Positions 60,383 to 64,000 of a stretch of DNA of 64,000 nt are shown here, one piece after another. Position numbers and translations under genes: made by a program. Position 1 is the stretch's first letter; each line of letters begins with the position of its first letter. Location of the stretch: positions 714,480 to 778,479 of the forward strand of contig CAWKHG010000005.1 of the NCBI GenBank assembly GCA_963849405.1. The letters run 5' to 3'. Under the pieces are notes generated by a model that was not told where the DNA came from, did not search any database, and worked only from the letters and a program-made list of their open reading frames with translations. The stretch comes from an uncultured Chloroflexia bacterium. Lineage in GTDB: Bacteria; Chloroflexota; Limnocylindria; Limnocylindrales; CSP1-4.

Positions 60383-63101
60383 ATGGGTCGCGCCCGGCGC
60401 TCCGGCTTCTCCGCCATCCTCGTCCTGCTGGCCCTGGCCGGCGTCACGATCGCGATGCCGCCGCGGTCGGGCGAGGTGGCCCCAGCGGCCGCCGTGGGCT
60501 GGCCGCCGTCCAGCCTGCGTCGTGAGCGAGATCGCGACCGGCGGCGCATCCGCCTCGGACGAGTTCGTCGAGCTGTTCAATGCAGGCGCCGGCCCCACGG
60601 ATCTCATGGGCCTCGAGCTCGTTTACGCGACTGCCTCGGGGTCGACCGTCACGCAGAAGGCCAGCTGGACCGTTCCGCGGTCGCTCGCGCCCGGCCAGCA
60701 CCTGCTCATCGCCAACAGCGCGGGCACCTACGCCACGCTCGGCGACGCGACGTACAGCGGCGGGTTCGCGGCGACCGGCGGCGCGGTCGCGCTGCGGACC
60801 GTGGGCGGAGCGACGATCGACGCGATCGGCTGGGGCGACGCAACGAACGCGTTCGTCGAGGGCTCGGCCGCGGGGGCGCCGCCGGCGGGCTCGAGCCTCG
60901 AGCGGCGGCCGGGCGGCAGCGCCGGGAACGGCACCGACACGAACGACAACGCGGCCGACTGGTTCGTCCAGGGCACGCCCGGGCCGCAGAACCTCGCGTC
61001 TCCCCTGACGCCTGTGCCGACCCCGATCCCGTCCGTGCCGCCGACGCCGGCCCTGACGCCGACGATCGTGCCCCAGCCATCGGCCTCGCCGAGTGTCCCG
61101 GCGTCGCTTCCCGTCTGCGAACCCGTTGCCTCGGCGACCGTGACCCCGGGCGCCTCGGCGCCACCGTCTCTGCCGCCGACACCGACACCGACCCCGGCTC
61201 CGACGACCACGTCGATCCCGATCGTCGATGTCCGGGCGCAGCCCATCGGCGCTTCGGTCCGCGTGCGGGGCGTGGTGACGGCCGAGGCCGGCCGCCTCGG
61301 CTCCGCCACGCTCCTCGCGATCGCCGACGAGAGCGCCGGGATCGTCGTCCACCTGGCGACCGGCGCGATCGGGCCGGAGCGGGGAACCACGATCGAAGTC
61401 GAGGGCAAGCTGGCCGCGCCCTACGGGCAGCTCGAGATCCGGCCGCCGATCGACGGGATCCTGGCCGAGGGCGCAGGCACGATTCCCGTCCCACTCCCGA
61501 TCGTGTCGTCCCAGCTCGGCGAGGCGGTCGAGGGAGGCCTGGTGGCCATCGACGTGCTCATCGACAAGGCCCCGCACGGCGAGTCGAACGGGAGCTTGAC
61601 CCTCGACGCCGCCGACGCCACGACCGGTGGCCGCATCGCGATCCGCGCGGATGGGTCGTCCGGCATCGCGACGAGCGACCTGCCGCGTCACGCACGGGCA
61701 CACCTCGTCGGGATCGTCGGCCAGCGATCGACCCGAAGCGGGCGCCTCGACGGGTACCGCATCTGGCTGCGCGACCGTGCCGACATCGCCGTGACCGAGA
61801 CGCCTGGCCCGTCGCCGACGGCTGGCGGCTCGCCGTCACCTTCGGGATCCTCCTCCGCCCCGACCGTCTCGATCGCCCAGGCGCTCCTGGCCCAGGGGGA
61901 CCGGGTCCGGGTCGTGGGGACGGTCACGGCTGCCGGACGGCTCCTCGACAGCACCGGCCGCGTCGTCGTCATCCAGGACGCCACGGCCGCGGTCGCCGTA
62001 CGGCTGCCGACCGGCACGGCCACGCCACGCGTCGGCGCCCGGTTGCGCGTGGACGGCACGGTCGGCCGTGCGTACGGCGCGCCGCGGATCGCGGCAACGG
62101 CGGCGGCCGTGGTCGGGACCGGTTCCGCGGTCCTGCCCCTGGCCCTCCGCACCGCTCCCGGGACCGCCCACGAGTGGCGGCTCGTCCGGGTCGAGGGCGA
62201 GGTCGTGGACGTCCACAAGCTCGGCGATCGCTGGCGCGCAGAGATCGCCGTCGGCTCGAGTCGCCTCCTCGTCTCCGGCCTCCCGGATTCGGGCCTCGCG
62301 GCGACGGCACTCGTCGAAGGGCGCCGCGCGACCGTCATCGGGATCGTCCGCCGGCCGTACCCGACCGCCACCGACCGCCGCTTCGCGATCGTTCCCCGGT
62401 CCACCGGCGACGTGCGCCTCGGCGCGGCCTCCGGTCCCGGCGCGAACGGTCCGGCGACGGGGTCCGGGCCGGGCTCGAGCGGCGGCCCGGGCGGCAACGC
62501 CTCTCCGGGCTCCGGGGCCGCACCGGGCGGGCCGCTCGACATCGACATCGCCACCCTCGCCGAGCACCAGGGCGAGCTCGTGCGCGTCGGCGGCCTCGTC
62601 ACCGCGGTCGAATCGGGCGCGATCCGCCTCGACGACGGCACGGCCACCGGCCGGGTCACGCTCAAGGGCGACGCCGCCGCTCTTCTCGGGCTCCTGGCGC
62701 CCGGCGAGGCCCTCGACGCCGTCGGACGTGTCCGGGGCACGCCAGCGGGACCCGAGATCGAGGTGACGAGCGCAGCGGACATCGTGCGGGTGGGCGACCC
62801 CGGCTCCGATCCGAACGGCGGATCGTCCTCCGAGCCGGACGGATCGCCGGAAGGCCTGTTGAACGCCGGTGAAGGCCAGACGGCGCCGCTCTCCGCCGAC
62901 CCGACCGGTCCTGCGACTGCGGTCCTGCTCCTGCTCGGCGGGGCGGTCCTCGCGGCGCTCGGCGCGTGCGTGTTCGCCGTTCGGCGGCGCCGTGACCGGC
63001 GGGCCACGCGTGGGCGGGTCGCGCTCCGGCTGGCGGCACTCACCGGCGGCCGGCCCGACGAGCTCGCGCCTGCGGGACCGAGTCCCGATCGGGGCGCCTG
63101 A
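60383..63101 (+). CDS. large secreted, C-terminally membrane-anchored protein: lamin-tail domain (LTD) + repeated OB-fold-like modules; one frame change near 60505
   Basis: SD GGGAGG lies 7 nt before ATG 60383. Signal peptide MGRARRSGFSAILVLLALAGVTIA (ORF 60383 frame). LTD VVSEIATGGASASDEFVELFNAG...GWGDATNAFVEG...WFVQGTPGPQN (ORF 60282..63101). Pro/Thr linkers. Repeats VRVRGVVTAEAG..., VRVVGTVTAAGR..., VRVGGLVTAVES... C-terminal TM AVLLLLGGAVLAALGACVFAV followed by RRRRDRR. Confidence 0.75.
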
Positions 63102-63130
63102 CACCGCATCGCCGGGGCGCCTGACACCGC
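63091..63130. repeat. two tandem copies of GGGGCGCCTGACACCGC (23-bp period) spanning the stop codon of the LTD gene
   Basis: 63091-63107 and 63114-63130 are identical 17-mers. Confidence 0.8.
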
Positions 63131-63270
63131 CTCGGCGGCGAGCACGGGCCACGCTCGGGCGCCTGTTCGAGACCCCGAACGGGCGGCTCTCAGGGTCCGA
63201 AGCGCCCGCCGAGGGGCTCCGGGAGGCCCCGCCGGGGGCGGGTCCACGCACGGCCCACGTTCGGCGCGAG

Positions 63271-63300
63271 TTGACGCTCGCACGAATACGGGACTATCCT
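63271..63300 (+). promoter_or_regulatory. candidate promoter TTGACG-N18-TATCCT upstream of the nucleoside phosphorylase gene
   Basis: gagTTGACGctcgcacgaatacgggacTATCCTcgg. Confidence 0.35.
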
Positions 63301-63334
63301 CGGCCGAGTTTCGCGCCAGCGAAGCGACCGTTGA

Positions 63335-64000
63335 GTGAGGGAAGAGGTTTTGCCGACGAGCGCGGACCACCGCGTCGCACTCCCAACAGGAGAACGGCAG
63401 TACCACATCGGACTCGGTCCAGGCGAACTGGCCGAGTACATCCTCCTCCCCGGTGACCCCGACCGAACGGCCCGTATAGCGACGCGCCTCGACTCCATCG
63501 AGCTGGAGCGCCGCAATCGGGAGTTCGCGACGGTCACGGGCTCGTACCGCGGCCAGCGGATCTCGGTGATCTCGACCGGGATCGGCACGGACAACGTCGA
63601 GATCGTCGTCGCCGAGGTGTTGGCGATCACGGAACACCCCACCTTCATCCGGGTCGGTTCCTGCGGCTCCCTCCAACCGGAGATCGAGCTCGGGGACCTG
63701 GTCATCACGAGCGGCGCCGTCCGTCTCGAGGCGACCACGAGCTTCTTCGTCCACGATGGGTATCCCGCGGTCGCCGACTATGAGGCGGTCGTGGCACTCA
63801 TCGAGGCCGCGGAACGCCTCGGACACCGGGCCCACGTCGGGATCACGGCGACGGCACCTGGCTTTTTCGGCGCCCAGGGGCGACCGATACCCCAGCTGCC
63901 CATCCGCTATCCCGACCTCGCAGAGGAGATGGCGCGCCAGCGCGTCCTCAATTTCGAGATGGAGGCATCTGCCCTCCTGGTATTGGCCGGCCTGGCCCGG
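63335..64000 (+). CDS. nucleoside phosphorylase, uridine-phosphorylase type (PNP_UDP_1 family); 3' end outside the window
   Basis: Not in the ORF track because there is no stop in the window. My own translation from GTG 63335 (or TTG 63350): ...RQYHIGLGPGELAEYILLPGDPDRTARIA...ISVISTGIGTDNVEIVV...FIRVGSCGSL...FEMEASALLVLAG. Open to base 64000. Confidence 0.8.
   Translation, partial: MREEVLPTSADHRVALPTGERQYHIGLGPGELAEYILLPGDPDRTARIATRLDSIELERRNREFATVTGSYRGQRISVISTGIGTDNVEIVVAEVLAITEHPTFIRVGSCGSLQPEIELGDLVITSGAVRLEATTSFFVHDGYPAVADYEAVVALIEAAERLGHRAHVGITATAPGFFGAQGRPIPQLPIRYPDLAEEMARQRVLNFEMEASALLVLAGLAR

Noticed and set aside
60990-61230. Repetitive-looking DNA (ccgac/gccg periodicity) that could be mistaken for a repeat array.
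   Set aside because: It encodes the Pro/Thr/Ser linker of the LTD protein. There are no regular repeat-spacer units and no CRISPR-like structure anywhere in the window.
63091-63130. Tandem 17-mers GGGGCGCCTGACACCGC at the end of the LTD gene, considered as an att-like or mobile-element boundary.
   Set aside because: There are only two adjacent copies, and no integrase, transposase, inverted repeats or composition change nearby. It looks like a simple local duplication that includes the stop codon.
1-64000. Search for mobile elements, prophage blocks, defence-system genes (restriction, Cas, abortive infection, retron RT) and toxin-antitoxin pairs.
   Set aside because: No integrase, transposase, recombinase, reverse transcriptase, Cas, or phage capsid/terminase-like translation was recognised in any frame. 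The only TA-like hint is the lone zinc-ribbon ORF at 31635.

Overview
Very GC-rich chromosomal segment (roughly 70% by eye, not computed) with actinobacterial-type gene order: obg-nadD-rsfS, holA-comEC-comEA, leuS. I saw no rRNA, CRISPR array, integrase, transposase or prophage block. Layout: (i) 1-8.9 kb, plus-strand catabolic cluster: aldehyde DH, LacI regulator, SDR, CoA-transferase, crotonase, LLM oxidoreductase, shikimate-DH-like, FAH, creatininase-family. (ii) 8.9-25.4 kb, long minus-strand carbohydrate super-cluster: KDPG-aldolase, SDR, phosphotriesterase-like, MetE-like, two Gfo/Idh/MocA, TIM-barrel isomerase, DeoC, SIS, sugar ABC transporter, ROK kinase, GntR/HutC, NagA. (iii) 25.5-37 kb, housekeeping: rho, LysM-M23 peptidase, obg, nadD, rsfS, small zinc-ribbon ORF, holA, HD protein, comEC, comEA. 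(iv) 37-44.5 kb, envelope/accessory genes: orphan 310-aa protein, DUF346-like repeat protein, LLM, GT87, pxpABC, and a tiny two-peptide operon divergent from a CGNR zinc-finger gene. (v) leuS and two tRNA-Ala genes bracketing secreted/lipoprotein genes, including a G1 glutamic peptidase. (vi) A LexA-box-controlled mutasome cassette: imuA-like, imuB, a small ORF, a 720-bp spacer, dnaE2. (vii) A membrane protein, a large LTD/OB-fold-like surface protein, and a nucleoside phosphorylase that runs off the end. The dominant oddity is that many genes can only be read by changing frame. The density of frame changes is very uneven: extreme in 8.9-19.2 kb, zero in 19.2-23.9 kb. dnaE2 also carries an in-frame TAG. 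I cannot tell assembly error from real gene decay without reads. The best candidates for something undescribed are: the CGNR/operator/two-peptide module (43.3-44.5 kb); the GT87-LLM-lectin-repeat-orphan peptidase-like operon (37.2-40.7 kb); the anchored LTD/OB protein (60.4-63.1 kb); the small hydrophobic ORFs inside the SOS cassette (54.4-55.1 kb); and the unusual enzyme mix of the carbohydrate super-cluster. All family names come from motif recognition by eye. No database search was run. The ORF track translates GTG/TTG starts as M.
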